Positions 52,886-62,764 are shown, counted from the first letter of the stretch. The stretch is DNA of 64,000 bases from a virus (IMGVR_UViG_3300022173_000041:9678-73677); one strand, 5' to 3'. Made by a program: numbers and translations. Notes: generated by a model not told the origin, from the sequence alone.

Positions 52886-54000
52886 CTGAAGATTTTCCTT
52901 AATCTTGCTATGTGTTCTGGCTTGATGTCGTATGAGCAAACCTCAATCATAATAAGTCTATTCAGCGACTTGTATGCTTCACCCTCAATTAGCTCATACA
53001 TTCTGTCTTGAGTTAACCAAGTATTTGAAAGTGGCTTATCCAGAAGATTGCCATCGTATCCAACCTCAACAGGTATGGTGAGGTTCTGATTTCTGAACAT
53101 CTGGACCATTGATGTCGCTGAGTAGTCTATATTAACAATAAGAGGAAGAGCGTAGTAGGAATGCTCGCAGTCAGTCCTGACTTCCATCTTTTTGAAATAG
53201 GTTCCCTCAACAGCTTCTATAATACCGCGAGCCACTTCCTGCCTGCCAGCAACAATCTTCGGAAGCTTCTTGAGCTGCTCGCGAGCGATGGCTGCGGTAA
53301 TCTCGGTCATTCTTAGATTAAGCCCCGGCGCTGCCTGCCCACGGCACTCACCATGGTTAATGGCGCCTGCCAGCTTTACATAAAGCCCTTCATCATTGTC
53401 GTTAACAACGCAGACGCCACCTTCACCGGTCTGGATGTGCTTGTGGACATTAAGGGAGAACACCCCGATATGACCGATGGTCCCGGTGTATTTACCGTTC
53501 TCCTTAGCCATGATGGCTTGAGCGTTGTCTTCGATCAGGTAGATGCCGCGACTATCGCAGATGCTGCGTAGCTGATGCAGCTTGGCTGGATGCCCGAACA
53601 TATTGGTAGCAATGACCGCCTTGGTGCTTTCTGTGATCTGATTAGCCACGTCAGAAGGAGATAGACAGAAAGTATCAGGCTCAATGTCTGCCAGAATGAT
53701 GGTGGCGCCAAGAACGGCAGGAGCGCATGCAGTGGCCGACATGGTGAAGTAAGGGACAATCACTTCGTCCCCGGGACCAACGCCAATAGCCATACAGGCA
53801 GCCAGAAGACCTGAGGTAGCCGAGTTGCATGGTATGGCGTTGTCTACCTTGAAAAACTTCTCCCACTCAGTCTGCAAACCGCGAACCTCAGGGCCAGCAC
53901 CCATCTTGCTTGCTACATATCCAGATAGGTTGCCGCTGCGGATAACCCGCAAAACAGCCGCCTCTTCTTCTTTCCCGATAGTGTTGAATTTACCGATCAT
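52882..54000 (-). CDS. DegT/DnrJ/EryC1/StrS PLP aminotransferase (PseC-like)
   Basis: NSATSGL, FTMSATA, IEDNAQA, FSLNVHKHIQTGEGG, GLNLRMTE. Confidence 0.9.
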   Translation of the reverse strand: MIGKFNTIGKEEEAAVLRVIRSGNLSGYVASKMGAGPEVRGLQTEWEKFFKVDNAIPCNSATSGLLAACMAIGVGPGDEVIVPYFTMSATACAPAVLGATIILADIEPDTFCLSPSDVANQITESTKAVIATNMFGHPAKLHQLRSICDSRGIYLIEDNAQAIMAKENGKYTGTIGHIGVFSLNVHKHIQTGEGGVCVVNDNDEGLYVKLAGAINHGECRGQAAPGLNLRMTEITAAIAREQLKKLPKIVAGRQEVARGIIEAVEGTYFKKMEVRTDCEHSYYALPLIVNIDYSATSMVQMFRNQNLTIPVEVGYDGNLLDKPLSNTWLTQDRMYELIEGEAYKSLNRLIMIEVCSYDIKPEHIARLRKIFR

Positions 54001-54914
54001 AGGTAGCTCTTCAGTTCTTCGACCGTCAGGAATTTGCTGTTGTTGATGCTGGTATACTCTTGTGGATTTGTTATGTTGGACACGCCATCGCTGTTGATTA
54101 TATACCGGTCCCATGCTTCCAGCGCTCCTCTAGCTTCTTCCTCCGTCATGAGGATTTCGTGAAGTTTCTCGCCCGGCCTGATGCCAACGATGGTCTGCGG
54201 CAGTGTCGGCGCCATAGCTCTGGCTAGATCGACTACGCGCATGGATGGAAGCTTCGGGATGAAAATCTCCCTTCCCTTCATCATTCCTAGCGAGGAAAGA
54301 ACAAGATTTACAGCTTCGTCCATCGTCATCCAGAACCGCGTCATGCGCGGATCAGTGATGGGAATGCTTTCGCCTAGCTCAACAAGTTCACGGAATAGAG
54401 GAACAACAGAGCCACGGCTTCCGACGACATTACCGTACCGGCAAACGCTGTAAATACAGCGCCCAGCACTAACGTTATTGGCTGCAACAAAGATTTTCTC
54501 TGCGGCCAACTTTGTAGCGCCATATAGGTTAAGTGGAGAGACAGCCTTATCAGTGCTAAGCCCAATAACCCGAGTAACACCAGCAGCAAGGCTAGCACGA
54601 CAGACATTTTCGGCTCCATGAATATTGGTAAGCACACACTCAAACGGATTGTACTCAGCCGTAGGAACGATCTTAAGCGCCGCAGCGTGGATGACCGTAT
54701 CCACACCATGCATAGCCATTTCAAGCCTAGCCTGATCCCGCACGTCACCGATGAAGAACCGCAAGCGATCATCCCCGAACTTGCGCGCCATCTCCTCTTG
54801 AAGATGTTCTCCGCGAGAGAAGATGACGATGCGACTTGCCAAGCGTTCTTCCAGAAGAAGCTTAGTCATGGCCTGACCGAATGAGCCAGACCCGCCTGTA
54901 ATCAGGACCTTCAT
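53997..54914 (-). CDS. pseB: UDP-GlcNAc 4,6-dehydratase (inverting)
   Basis: ITGGSGSFG, FSRGE, HAAALKIVPTAEYNPFE, STDKAV, YGATK, RYGNV.GSRGSV, GIRPGEKLHE. Confidence 0.9.
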   Translation of the reverse strand: MKVLITGGSGSFGQAMTKLLLEERLASRIVIFSRGEHLQEEMARKFGDDRLRFFIGDVRDQARLEMAMHGVDTVIHAAALKIVPTAEYNPFECVLTNIHGAENVCRASLAAGVTRVIGLSTDKAVSPLNLYGATKLAAEKIFVAANNVSAGRCIYSVCRYGNVVGSRGSVVPLFRELVELGESIPITDPRMTRFWMTMDEAVNLVLSSLGMMKGREIFIPKLPSMRVVDLARAMAPTLPQTIVGIRPGEKLHEILMTEEEARGALEAWDRYIINSDGVSNITNPQEYTSINNSKFLTVEELKSYL

Positions 54915-56908
54915 CGGACCCCCTTGGTAGTTACCAGCCCGCCATCCAAATGCTCTAGGATGTCGGACCCGACAGCTTCTTTGATAACCTTCAGCGTACT
55001 GTACCAAGCGTTTAGGATGCGACTACACTCAGACCACTTGTGAGCATAACTCAGATTATGACTACCGATGATCAGAACGCCATTCTTGGCCATCTCCTGA
55101 ATGAACAGGGTCTGGATGCCATTGTTCTTGAACTTGATGCGGTTCAACTGAGGTGGGCCATATAGACTAATGTACTCAGACAGACCGGCATCTTCTATTA
55201 GGTTTTCGATATCAACCTCTAGGGTCATACCAATATCTAACAGATGTTCAGGAACATTCTCTCGCTCCAACTTCTCTATAGTGGCAATGGCTGCTACGAT
55301 AGAAAGCGTCTCGCCAAAGAAAGTGCCTGAGTAGCTGATCTCAGTCATCTTGCTCATATACTTCTCAAGCCCAACCAGAGCTGAGATAGGCATGCCGTTA
55401 GCCATGGCTTTGCCAAAGCAAGCCAGATCAGGCACCACGTCATGGACGGCGCCAAGACCGCCAAGACCGCAACGGAAACCGGTTATGATCTCGTCAAAGA
55501 TCAGAATGCTGCCGTTATCAGCAGTGTTCTGCCTGAAGTTTTGAAGCTGTTCCTTGGTGAAGAACTCAGGTTCTATGATGACAGCAGCAATCTCATTCGG
55601 CCTAACATCAAAGATGTTGCCCATCTTGTCTGGCTTAAAGGAAAGATCAGACACGGCGCCGGGGATGCCATTGTTGCGGTCAGTAACGCCCATGCTCCAG
55701 TCGTGCCAGCCGTGATAGCCATAGACAACTACCTTGTCTCGACCAGTTACATGACGCGCGAGGCGCACAGCAGCCGTAGTGACATCGCTACCGTTCTTGC
55801 CGAACCGCACCATCTCCGCGCACGGAATGTGCTTGCTCAGAAGCGCAGATAGCCTTTCCTCAATAGGTGTCGCAAGACTAAAGCTAATACCATTGCTAAG
55901 CTGAGCGCGTATAGCATCGTCCACGTCTGGGTCACGATAACCAAGAATATTAGGTAAAAGCCCACCAACGCAGTCGATATAATCATTCCCATCAACATCA
56001 AATACATAGGCGCCGTCCCCATGGGTAACAAACAGGGGAGCTGCCCCCTTTGGGAACATTAGCTTACTTTTACTGAAAGTCTGAGCCCCAAGAGGAATGA
56101 TATGCTCTGCTTTGTCGAGCATGACCATGGATGAGCTGTAAGACCGCTTCACGTCACCTTCAGCACCGAGAGCTTCATAGAAGCGCTCATTGCGGGAGAA
56201 CTTCTCATTCAGCTTCCTGATCCATGGCTCCTTATCAAGGATTGACAGGATTTGTAGGTATCCGGGTGGCTGGCCACTATCGCCAAGCCTCTTCGCGACT
56301 TCCTGTATGAAGTCATAATCCTCCGGACTATCGAGAACCCATCTCTCCCTAACCAGAGTAGGGACACCGCACACAAGGTTAGCCGCAGGAAAACGTTGAC
56401 GGTTCCGCACCATAAAACGAGTAACAGTATCCCGATCAGTCGGGCGAACAGCTTCGCGGTTTGCAATTTCAAGTGCGTCTTTTGTGAAAACCTCGACATC
56501 CAACCCGTCTGGATATGATGGAGGATCAGTGTTGGTAGCATATGCAGCATCCTTCATAGCGCGCAGTCGTATGACTTCGCCAATAACAGTGGGATCAAGG
56601 AGGGGGCAATCGCCCGTGAGCCTGACAACGATGTCGGCGCCAGTGGCGCTCAGCGCCGCCATATAGCGGGAGAGTACATCCGTCTCCGAGCCTCTGACGA
56701 CACTGATGCCACGCTGCTCGCACCATTGGGCGATCATGTCATCACCTACCTCAGTCGAGGTGGCGACGATAACCTGATCTACACCGGGGGCTCGCCGGGC
56801 AGCCTCTACCACCCATTGGATGGTTGGTCTACCCGCAATATCCATCATTACCTTGCCCGGGAGGCGGGTGGAACCCATACGGGCCTGAACTACTGCAACT
56901 GTCTTCAC
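54911..56908 (-). CDS. Fusion of SpsF/PseF-like cytidylyltransferase and class-III aminotransferase
   Basis: QARMGSTRLPGKV, RLTGDCP; C-half GAQTFSK, RFGKNGSD, FDEIITGFR, CFGKAMANG. Confidence 0.85.
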   Translation of the reverse strand: MKTVAVVQARMGSTRLPGKVMMDIAGRPTIQWVVEAARRAPGVDQVIVATSTEVGDDMIAQWCEQRGISVVRGSETDVLSRYMAALSATGADIVVRLTGDCPLLDPTVIGEVIRLRAMKDAAYATNTDPPSYPDGLDVEVFTKDALEIANREAVRPTDRDTVTRFMVRNRQRFPAANLVCGVPTLVRERWVLDSPEDYDFIQEVAKRLGDSGQPPGYLQILSILDKEPWIRKLNEKFSRNERFYEALGAEGDVKRSYSSSMVMLDKAEHIIPLGAQTFSKSKLMFPKGAAPLFVTHGDGAYVFDVDGNDYIDCVGGLLPNILGYRDPDVDDAIRAQLSNGISFSLATPIEERLSALLSKHIPCAEMVRFGKNGSDVTTAAVRLARHVTGRDKVVVYGYHGWHDWSMGVTDRNNGIPGAVSDLSFKPDKMGNIFDVRPNEIAAVIIEPEFFTKEQLQNFRQNTADNGSILIFDEIITGFRCGLGGLGAVHDVVPDLACFGKAMANGMPISALVGLEKYMSKMTEISYSGTFFGETLSIVAAIATIEKLERENVPEHLLDIGMTLEVDIENLIEDAGLSEYISLYGPPQLNRIKFKNNGIQTLFIQEMAKNGVLIIGSHNLSYAHKWSECSRILNAWYSTLKVIKEAVGSDILEHLDGGLVTTKGVR

Positions 56909-57117
56909 TGAAGGACACTCCCGGTATCGTTTTCTGCTCGCCAATCCTGAATTTTCTGGTGACACACGTCGCACGTAATCGCGACCTTGGTCATGTCATG
57001 ACCGGGATACAGCCTCTTGAACTCCTTCTCTGCATCCTCGTCAGTCCAAACCTCATCGGGCGGCAACGGGAACTCTTCCTCACACAGTTCGCATTTGAAC
57101 GTCTTCTTCTTAGTCAT
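56905..57117 (-). CDS. Small Zn-ribbon protein
   Basis: CELC...TCDVC; coupled. Confidence 0.6.
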   Translation of the reverse strand: MTKKKTFKCELCEEEFPLPPDEVWTDEDAEKEFKRLYPGHDMTKVAITCDVCHQKIQDWRAENDTGSVLQ

Positions 57118-58027
57118 CTAATCCAGCCTTCTTTCTTGCATCCATAACAATCTGAAGTGCGGCAACACCATCAGAGCCGTCAGCTAGTGGACCACGGTCC
57201 TTGCCTTCTATGGCGTTGATAAACGCCTTCATCTCATCGATGTAGTTCTCATCAAAGGTATCGGTGAATTTTGCTTCATGATCTTCCTTGCCTGAGAAGT
57301 CCCATGCTGGACCCCAAGATACCTCGCGCTTCACCAGATCGCACAGGATCATGTTATCTTCGCTTCTTATGGAAAATCCTCTATCCTCAGGATGTTTAAG
57401 GTAGTCAGCGCTAACTGAGACAGAAGCCTCGTTCATATCAAGAGCGACCATCTGTATGTATGCGGATACGTCCTGCTTGCTTGTGGGTCCAAGCATATTG
57501 ACGTTGCACAATTCTACATGAAGATTTCCAAGTAGATGTCTAGCAAGATCGATCTCATGAGAAGCCCAGTTTCTGATTACCCCGTCTCTGAGATACTCAG
57601 GCTTGTTGTTCTTTTGCAGAACCCTAAAGTCAGCTTCCTTAAGATCACCGATGAAACCACCATCGATCAGTTGCTTGACCTTCTTGACGCAATGATGGAA
57701 GCGAAGATTGAACCCGGTAGCCACCACAAGATCAGGCTTCTCTGATCTGGCGCCCATGATGTATCCAGCTATGTATGGAGGACAATCATAGCCAATAGGC
57801 TTCTCAACAAGCACATGCTTGCGAGCATCCAGCACATCACATAGATCGCGGCCATGCTGTTTGGTTGGCGTGCAGACAATCACAGCATCAGACATCTTGA
57901 TGACCTGATCGCGCTCCATTGAGCCAAGCACAACAGGATCATGAAAGACAACCTGATGCCCAAGGTTCATAAGATTTCGGGCATGACGATCACCGATAGA
58001 CCCAAGACCTAAGACCCCGACAAGCAT
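57110..58027 (-). CDS. Gfo/Idh/MocA oxidoreductase
   Basis: GLGSIGDRH, HVLVEKP, GFNLRF, SHEIDL. Confidence 0.85.
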   Translation of the reverse strand: MLVGVLGLGSIGDRHARNLMNLGHQVVFHDPVVLGSMERDQVIKMSDAVIVCTPTKQHGRDLCDVLDARKHVLVEKPIGYDCPPYIAGYIMGARSEKPDLVVATGFNLRFHHCVKKVKQLIDGGFIGDLKEADFRVLQKNNKPEYLRDGVIRNWASHEIDLARHLLGNLHVELCNVNMLGPTSKQDVSAYIQMVALDMNEASVSVSADYLKHPEDRGFSIRSEDNMILCDLVKREVSWGPAWDFSGKEDHEAKFTDTFDENYIDEMKAFINAIEGKDRGPLADGSDGVAALQIVMDARKKAGLDD

Positions 58028-58647
58028 GGAAAGCCCCTCTCAATATCTTTCTTCAGAACCCAGACAGCCGTCTGATCAGGTAGAGACATTTTGTTGATCA
58101 GCTTGTAGGCAGGATTAGCAAGCCAAAGCTTCGAATAATCCATCTTGTACGTCATGAGCCCCGGGACATGCTTGTTGGGTACCGAGTGCGGGAATTCAGG
58201 ATCAAAGTCATGTATGATCAAGTATCCCTTATCCGCCAATAAATTATCCCCCTGCGTAACGATCTCACACAGCTCTTCAGGATCGCAGACATAAAGACAG
58301 AAGCCATAGATCACCATGTTCATGGAATGTGAGACAAACGGATGACCAGTCATCGTGCCGCGCTGCAATGAGATTTTTGGAAATCTGGCCTGACCGTTTG
58401 CTATGGCGCTGACTGATGGATCGACCCCGAAGCAATACCACTCATACATTTCACGCAGTTTATCCAGCCGCCATCCGTTAGAGCATCCGAACTCCACTAC
58501 TGATGAGTAATGGATAAGATAGACGTTAGACTCTATGGAGGCTATAACAGGATCGTTAGCCTCCTGATCCTTCATCTGCCAGAAGTTACGGGCAAACCAT
58601 GCGTCACCCTCACTTTCGGAGAAGATATCTTCCTGCTTACCCATCAT
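58009..58647 (-). CDS. Class I SAM methyltransferase
   Basis: ESEGDAWFARN, EFGCSNG, GVDPS, YGFCLY. Confidence 0.8.
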   Translation of the reverse strand: MMGKQEDIFSESEGDAWFARNFWQMKDQEANDPVIASIESNVYLIHYSSVVEFGCSNGWRLDKLREMYEWYCFGVDPSVSAIANGQARFPKISLQRGTMTGHPFVSHSMNMVIYGFCLYVCDPEELCEIVTQGDNLLADKGYLIIHDFDPEFPHSVPNKHVPGLMTYKMDYSKLWLANPAYKLINKMSLPDQTAVWVLKKDIERGFPCLSGS

Positions 58648-59456
58648 TACCTCTCAGGGATATTATCCAGCACCATGATATAGTTTGGTGAGCAGGCATA
58701 ATGATCACCGAGATTAGGCAATTTTGAGGCGATCTCATTGATCGGGTGATCGTAAGACGGCTCCTTGCCTTCCATGGCAGCCAGTTTGGCGTAAATCACC
58801 CTAGAAATGATGTAGTAGAGGTTTCCAAGGTTTTCCATGAGAGATACCTTGAAGAGCTTTCCAGAGTTTTCGGTGAAGAACTCGTTGAGCTTGTCTTCTG
58901 GGATGTAGAAGTTGTGCCAGCGCTCTACAATCGGAGGTAAATCAACGATCTCGCGCATGAAATTCAGCTTTTTGAGGCCCTCCTTGGTGTTTTCTACCAA
59001 GATGATTGACCCGGTAGGCGTCAGGAGCTTCCTCATCTGCAAAATCGACAGCTTTTGCTCTTCCCAGTTCGCCAAATTGATCAAACAGCGCTCAGAAAGC
59101 ACTGCATCGAACTTTTGGTGCTGAAGATTGGGGTGTCTGGAGATGGAAAGGACATCCCCAGTGAAGAAAGTGACGTTGGGGACCCCATCGGCAGCCTTCT
59201 TGGCCTCCTCAATCATCTTTTCAGAAAGATCGACGCCAATAACCATTGCGGTTGGGTACGCTTTGGCGATTTCCAGTGTGGAGAAACCATTACCACAACC
59301 AATATCCAAGATAGCGTCCGGTTCGATGATTTTCAGCACATCTAGGATGCGGGATAGCTCCACATTCTTGCGATAGAAGCTATCCGGCGCCGTAGCCTTA
59401 TCAGAGGTGCCGTGGGTTTCGGCCTGCAAGTCCCAAAAATCTCCAATGTTATTCAC
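58647..59456 (-). CDS. Class I SAM methyltransferase
   Basis: ILDIGCGNG, GVDLSEKMI, FDAVLSERCLINL. Confidence 0.85.
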   Translation of the reverse strand: MNNIGDFWDLQAETHGTSDKATAPDSFYRKNVELSRILDVLKIIEPDAILDIGCGNGFSTLEIAKAYPTAMVIGVDLSEKMIEEAKKAADGVPNVTFFTGDVLSISRHPNLQHQKFDAVLSERCLINLANWEEQKLSILQMRKLLTPTGSIILVENTKEGLKKLNFMREIVDLPPIVERWHNFYIPEDKLNEFFTENSGKLFKVSLMENLGNLYYIISRVIYAKLAAMEGKEPSYDHPINEIASKLPNLGDHYACSPNYIMVLDNIPER

Positions 59457-60016
59457 GCAGCTAAATCCTTTTTGTAAATGTACTTGGCGTCAAGACCGGA
59501 ACCGAACTTGAAGTGCCCCGGCATGTTGGCTGCCAATTCCATGCCTGACCTTTCGATCACCTTCCGGATGCCAAGGTTCTTCGCCATACAGCCAGCCTCA
59601 ATCCTCCGTATCTTGTTTTCGACAGCCCACGCCATGACAGCCTGCCAAGCCTCTATCCCGTACTTGCGGCCCCACGCCCACTTCTCCCCGATGAGAATAC
59701 CCATCTGGAGAACATCGTTCTGAGGGTCGTGATGGGTTGTGATGTTGCCGATATGCATGTTGGCGCCGATCACATTGATGGTCCACATGCAGTTCTTGAT
59801 CTGATCGAAGCTCCTCACATAAGCCTGACAGTCCTCATAGGTATGCTGCCGATGGCGCAGCTCAGAGAACTTCACGACATCAGGATCATTCAGCCACCGC
59901 GAGTAATCCGCAATGTCTTCTGAGGCTGGGACTAAGATTAGTCCCTTTGTTGACAGCGGAGAACACTTCGCCACCTGCTGAGCGATCTCGTCATATTCAT
60001 CGATTGGCTTACTCAT
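59453..60016 (-). CDS. GNAT N-acetyltransferase (PseH-like)
   Basis: WLNDPDVVKF, HIGNI, GILIGEKWAWGRKYG, N....KV.E.SG. Confidence 0.8.
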   Translation of the reverse strand: MSKPIDEYDEIAQQVAKCSPLSTKGLILVPASEDIADYSRWLNDPDVVKFSELRHRQHTYEDCQAYVRSFDQIKNCMWTINVIGANMHIGNITTHHDPQNDVLQMGILIGEKWAWGRKYGIEAWQAVMAWAVENKIRRIEAGCMAKNLGIRKVIERSGMELAANMPGHFKFGSGLDAKYIYKKDLAA

Positions 60017-60216
60017 TTCTTCGGCGCTCCCTTTTTGATTTTCGGCACGACAACAAACCGACCATGATCATCGATGGAATGGATGACGGTCTTCATGAGA
60101 CCCTCCAGCAAGACCATGATGTGCTTTGAGTTAGCGTCGAACTCGCCCAGCTTTTGTCGTTCGTGATAGGCTTCCTCTATTTGATAATAGAGGTCGATCA
60201 GCTCTTTCTTTTTCAT
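60013..60216 (-). CDS. Hypothetical protein
   Basis: 67 aa after GAGG RBS; coupled to the GNAT gene. Confidence 0.55.
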   Translation of the reverse strand: MKKKELIDLYYQIEEAYHERQKLGEFDANSKHIMVLLEGLMKTVIHSIDDHGRFVVVPKIKKGAPKK

Positions 60217-60316
60217 ATCGTTCCTCTTCAAGCATCACGTCGTTAATGATCCACTGAGCCCTATCCACTGGAAGGTGCTGTCTCAGGATTTTCCATAATC
60301 TTGCTCTGCTGATCAT
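60131..60316 (-). CDS. Possible small ORF starting right after the tRNA CCA
   Basis: ATG at 60316 abuts the tRNA end; overlaps the next gene by 86 nt. Confidence 0.3.
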   Translation of the reverse strand: MISRARLWKILRQHLPVDRAQWIINDVMLEEERYEKERADRPLLSNRGSLSRTTKAGRVRR

Positions 60317-60392
60317 TGGTGCCCCCGGCACGGAATTGAACCTGCGACCTAAGTCCTACAAAGACCTTGCTCTACCGCTGAGCTACGGGGGC
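60317..60392 (-). tRNA. tRNA-Thr(UGU), bulged T-stem
   Basis: GCCCCCG/CGGGGGC acceptor, GCTC/GAGC D stem, loop TT-TGT-AG, TTCAATT T-loop, encoded CCA. Confidence 0.85.
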
Positions 60393-61076
60393 TTGTTCTC
60401 CTATAACCTCAATGAACCTGACCGGACCCGGCTGAGTGTCATCGAACACGCCAATGACAAGACGGCCCGTGTACCAAGCAAATGTGTCCAGATTGGTGCG
60501 GTTCTCATAAAGCTTTGGACCATCTGCGAATTGATGATGGCCATGGATGACGTGACGCTCTTCATGACCAATATCAGCGCCATCTGGATACAGACCCCAA
60601 AGTAAGGTCTGGTCCTTTTGCTCACCCAACCGCAACGTCGGATCAACCATGGCGTGAACGAACACGCGCTTTTCATCGACGTGCATAAGCGGAAGAGCGT
60701 CCAACCAATCAAGATGCTCCTTCGGAACCACCTTAGGATTGTATTCCCCTTGCCTTGGATGCCCATAAGACATGAGCGTGGCGCCGCCACCATTTCCAAT
60801 CCACCAGTCAGGCTGAAGAGGCTTTTGAAGCGTCTCAACCATCATAGCCTCATGATTTCCCTTCAGGCAGACCACTGGCCAGCCCTTATCTTGAACCTTC
60901 ATAAGGAAGTGAATGATCTGGGCGCTGTTAGGTCCACGGTCCACGTAGTCACCAAGAGTGACTATGCTGTGTTCCTGATCTGGGTACTTGGCCGCGTCAG
61001 CGTCAATCATCCCTATCGCCTTAACCAGAAGATCAAAGCGTCCGTGCAAATCGGCAAAAGCATATGTAATTGTCAT
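60372..61076 (-). CDS. Ser/Thr protein phosphatase (metallophosphoesterase, NinI/PphA-like)
   Basis: DLHG, GDYVDRG, GNHE, FVHA, HGH, LDT. Confidence 0.9.
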   Translation of the reverse strand: MTITYAFADLHGRFDLLVKAIGMIDADAAKYPDQEHSIVTLGDYVDRGPNSAQIIHFLMKVQDKGWPVVCLKGNHEAMMVETLQKPLQPDWWIGNGGGATLMSYGHPRQGEYNPKVVPKEHLDWLDALPLMHVDEKRVFVHAMVDPTLRLGEQKDQTLLWGLYPDGADIGHEERHVIHGHHQFADGPKLYENRTNLDTFAWYTGRLVIGVFDDTQPGPVRFIEVIGEQAPVAQR

Positions 61077-61139
61077 ACCCAAACAGTCTCAATACATTAC
61101 GTCGCAATTATGGTACTTAGTGGGCAGGAGTAAGCCCTT

Positions 61140-62750
61140 ATGGACCAAAGTAAAATTGCCAACATCGCGAAAGCGACTTCCAAACTTCGTGAAAAGATGG
61201 AAGCCGCACTGCACGAAAAGAGCCTAATATCCTTCGTCGGCTATGTTTGGCCAGTGGTAGAGCCCGCAATTCCCTTTGTAAAAGGTTGGGCTATATCGGC
61301 AATTGCTGAGCATTTAGAAGCAGTTACGGATGGGCATATAAAACGCCTACTGATCAACGTTCCGCCCGGCTTCTCCAAGTCCCTTTTGACTGACGTGTTT
61401 TGGCCAGCATGGGAATGGGGTCCTAAGAATAAACCGTGGTATCGCTACGTCTGCGCTTCGTACTCTAACCATCTGACAGAGCGCGATAATATGCGATGCA
61501 GAAACATCGTCATGAGCGACAGATATCAGCGTTTATGGGGCAATAGATTTCACATTTCGAACGATCAGTTTACCAAGGTTAAATTCGCCAACGATCAAAC
61601 AGGCTGGAAACTGGCCACGTCAGTGGGTGGTATCGGCGTCGGTGAGCGCGGTGACAGGTTCATTATCGATGACGCCAACAATACCATGATGATGGAGAGT
61701 GAGGCCGTCCGCTCCAACGTCAATATGTGGTTCACGGAAGTTGTCCCTGACCGTCTGAATAACCCCCAAGAAAGCGCAATTGTTGTTATCCAACAGAGGC
61801 TTCATGAGGAGGACGTGTCAGGCGTAGCCCTCTCCAGAGAGCTTGGATATACGCACTTAATGATCCCCATGCGGTACGAACCGACTCGCCATTGCGTCAC
61901 TGTGATTGGTACAAATCACGTTGGTGAGGAGATTATCTGGGAGGACCCGCGAACTGAGGAAGGTGAGCTGGCTTGGCCAGAACGCTTTGCCAAAGAGAGC
62001 GTGGATGCTCTGGAGCATGCCAAGGGACCATACGCTTGGGCCGGTCAATACCAGCAAACGCCAGAACCACGCGGCGGCGCCATCATTAAGAGGGAATGGT
62101 GGCAGCCATGGAGCCAGAACAATTATCCGCAGATGGACTTCATTCTGGCTTCCCTCGACAGCGCCTACACCGAAAAAGAGGAGAATGACCCCTCCGCGAT
62201 CACGTTCTGGGGGGTCTACAGGGACGACTTGGGCAATCCACGGGTAATGCTGCTTTACGCTTGGGAAGAGCGCCTAGCCCTCAATGACCTTGTTGAGAAG
62301 GTAATTGAATGCTGCACGATAGACCGGAAGACCACGATCTGTGATTACCCACGCTTCAAGGTCGATAAGCTCCTGATTGAGAGCAAGGCCAGCGGTATCT
62401 CGGTATCTCAGGAAATAAGACGAATTGTGGGTTTTTCAGGGCAATTTGGTATCGAACTGATCAACCCAACCCGTCAGGGCGATAAAGTCGCCCGCGCCCA
62501 CAGCGTTGTCCATTTGTTCTCTGACGGCATGATTTTCGCGCCAGACGGGGACCGGGAGTGGGTCCAGAAGGTCATCAACCAATGTGCTTCTTTTCCTAAA
62601 AGCTCCCATGACGACTTGGTGGATAGCACCACTATGGCACTCAGATATTTACGAGATATGGGATTTGTCCTCAGGCGCGAGGAGTGGGAGTTTGAAGCCG
62701 CCGAACAATTAGCGTATAGAAAAAAACCACAAGCACTATACCCGTGCTAG
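61140..62750 (+). CDS. terL: Terminase large subunit
   Basis: INVPPGFSKS, FIIDDAN, VIQQRLHEED, AGQYQQTP, SLDSAY, IESKASG, HDDLVDST. Confidence 0.95.
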   Translation: MDQSKIANIAKATSKLREKMEAALHEKSLISFVGYVWPVVEPAIPFVKGWAISAIAEHLEAVTDGHIKRLLINVPPGFSKSLLTDVFWPAWEWGPKNKPWYRYVCASYSNHLTERDNMRCRNIVMSDRYQRLWGNRFHISNDQFTKVKFANDQTGWKLATSVGGIGVGERGDRFIIDDANNTMMMESEAVRSNVNMWFTEVVPDRLNNPQESAIVVIQQRLHEEDVSGVALSRELGYTHLMIPMRYEPTRHCVTVIGTNHVGEEIIWEDPRTEEGELAWPERFAKESVDALEHAKGPYAWAGQYQQTPEPRGGAIIKREWWQPWSQNNYPQMDFILASLDSAYTEKEENDPSAITFWGVYRDDLGNPRVMLLYAWEERLALNDLVEKVIECCTIDRKTTICDYPRFKVDKLLIESKASGISVSQEIRRIVGFSGQFGIELINPTRQGDKVARAHSVVHLFSDGMIFAPDGDREWVQKVINQCASFPKSSHDDLVDSTTMALRYLRDMGFVLRREEWEFEAAEQLAYRKKPQALYPC

Positions 62751-62764
62751 CGGATACCTACTAA

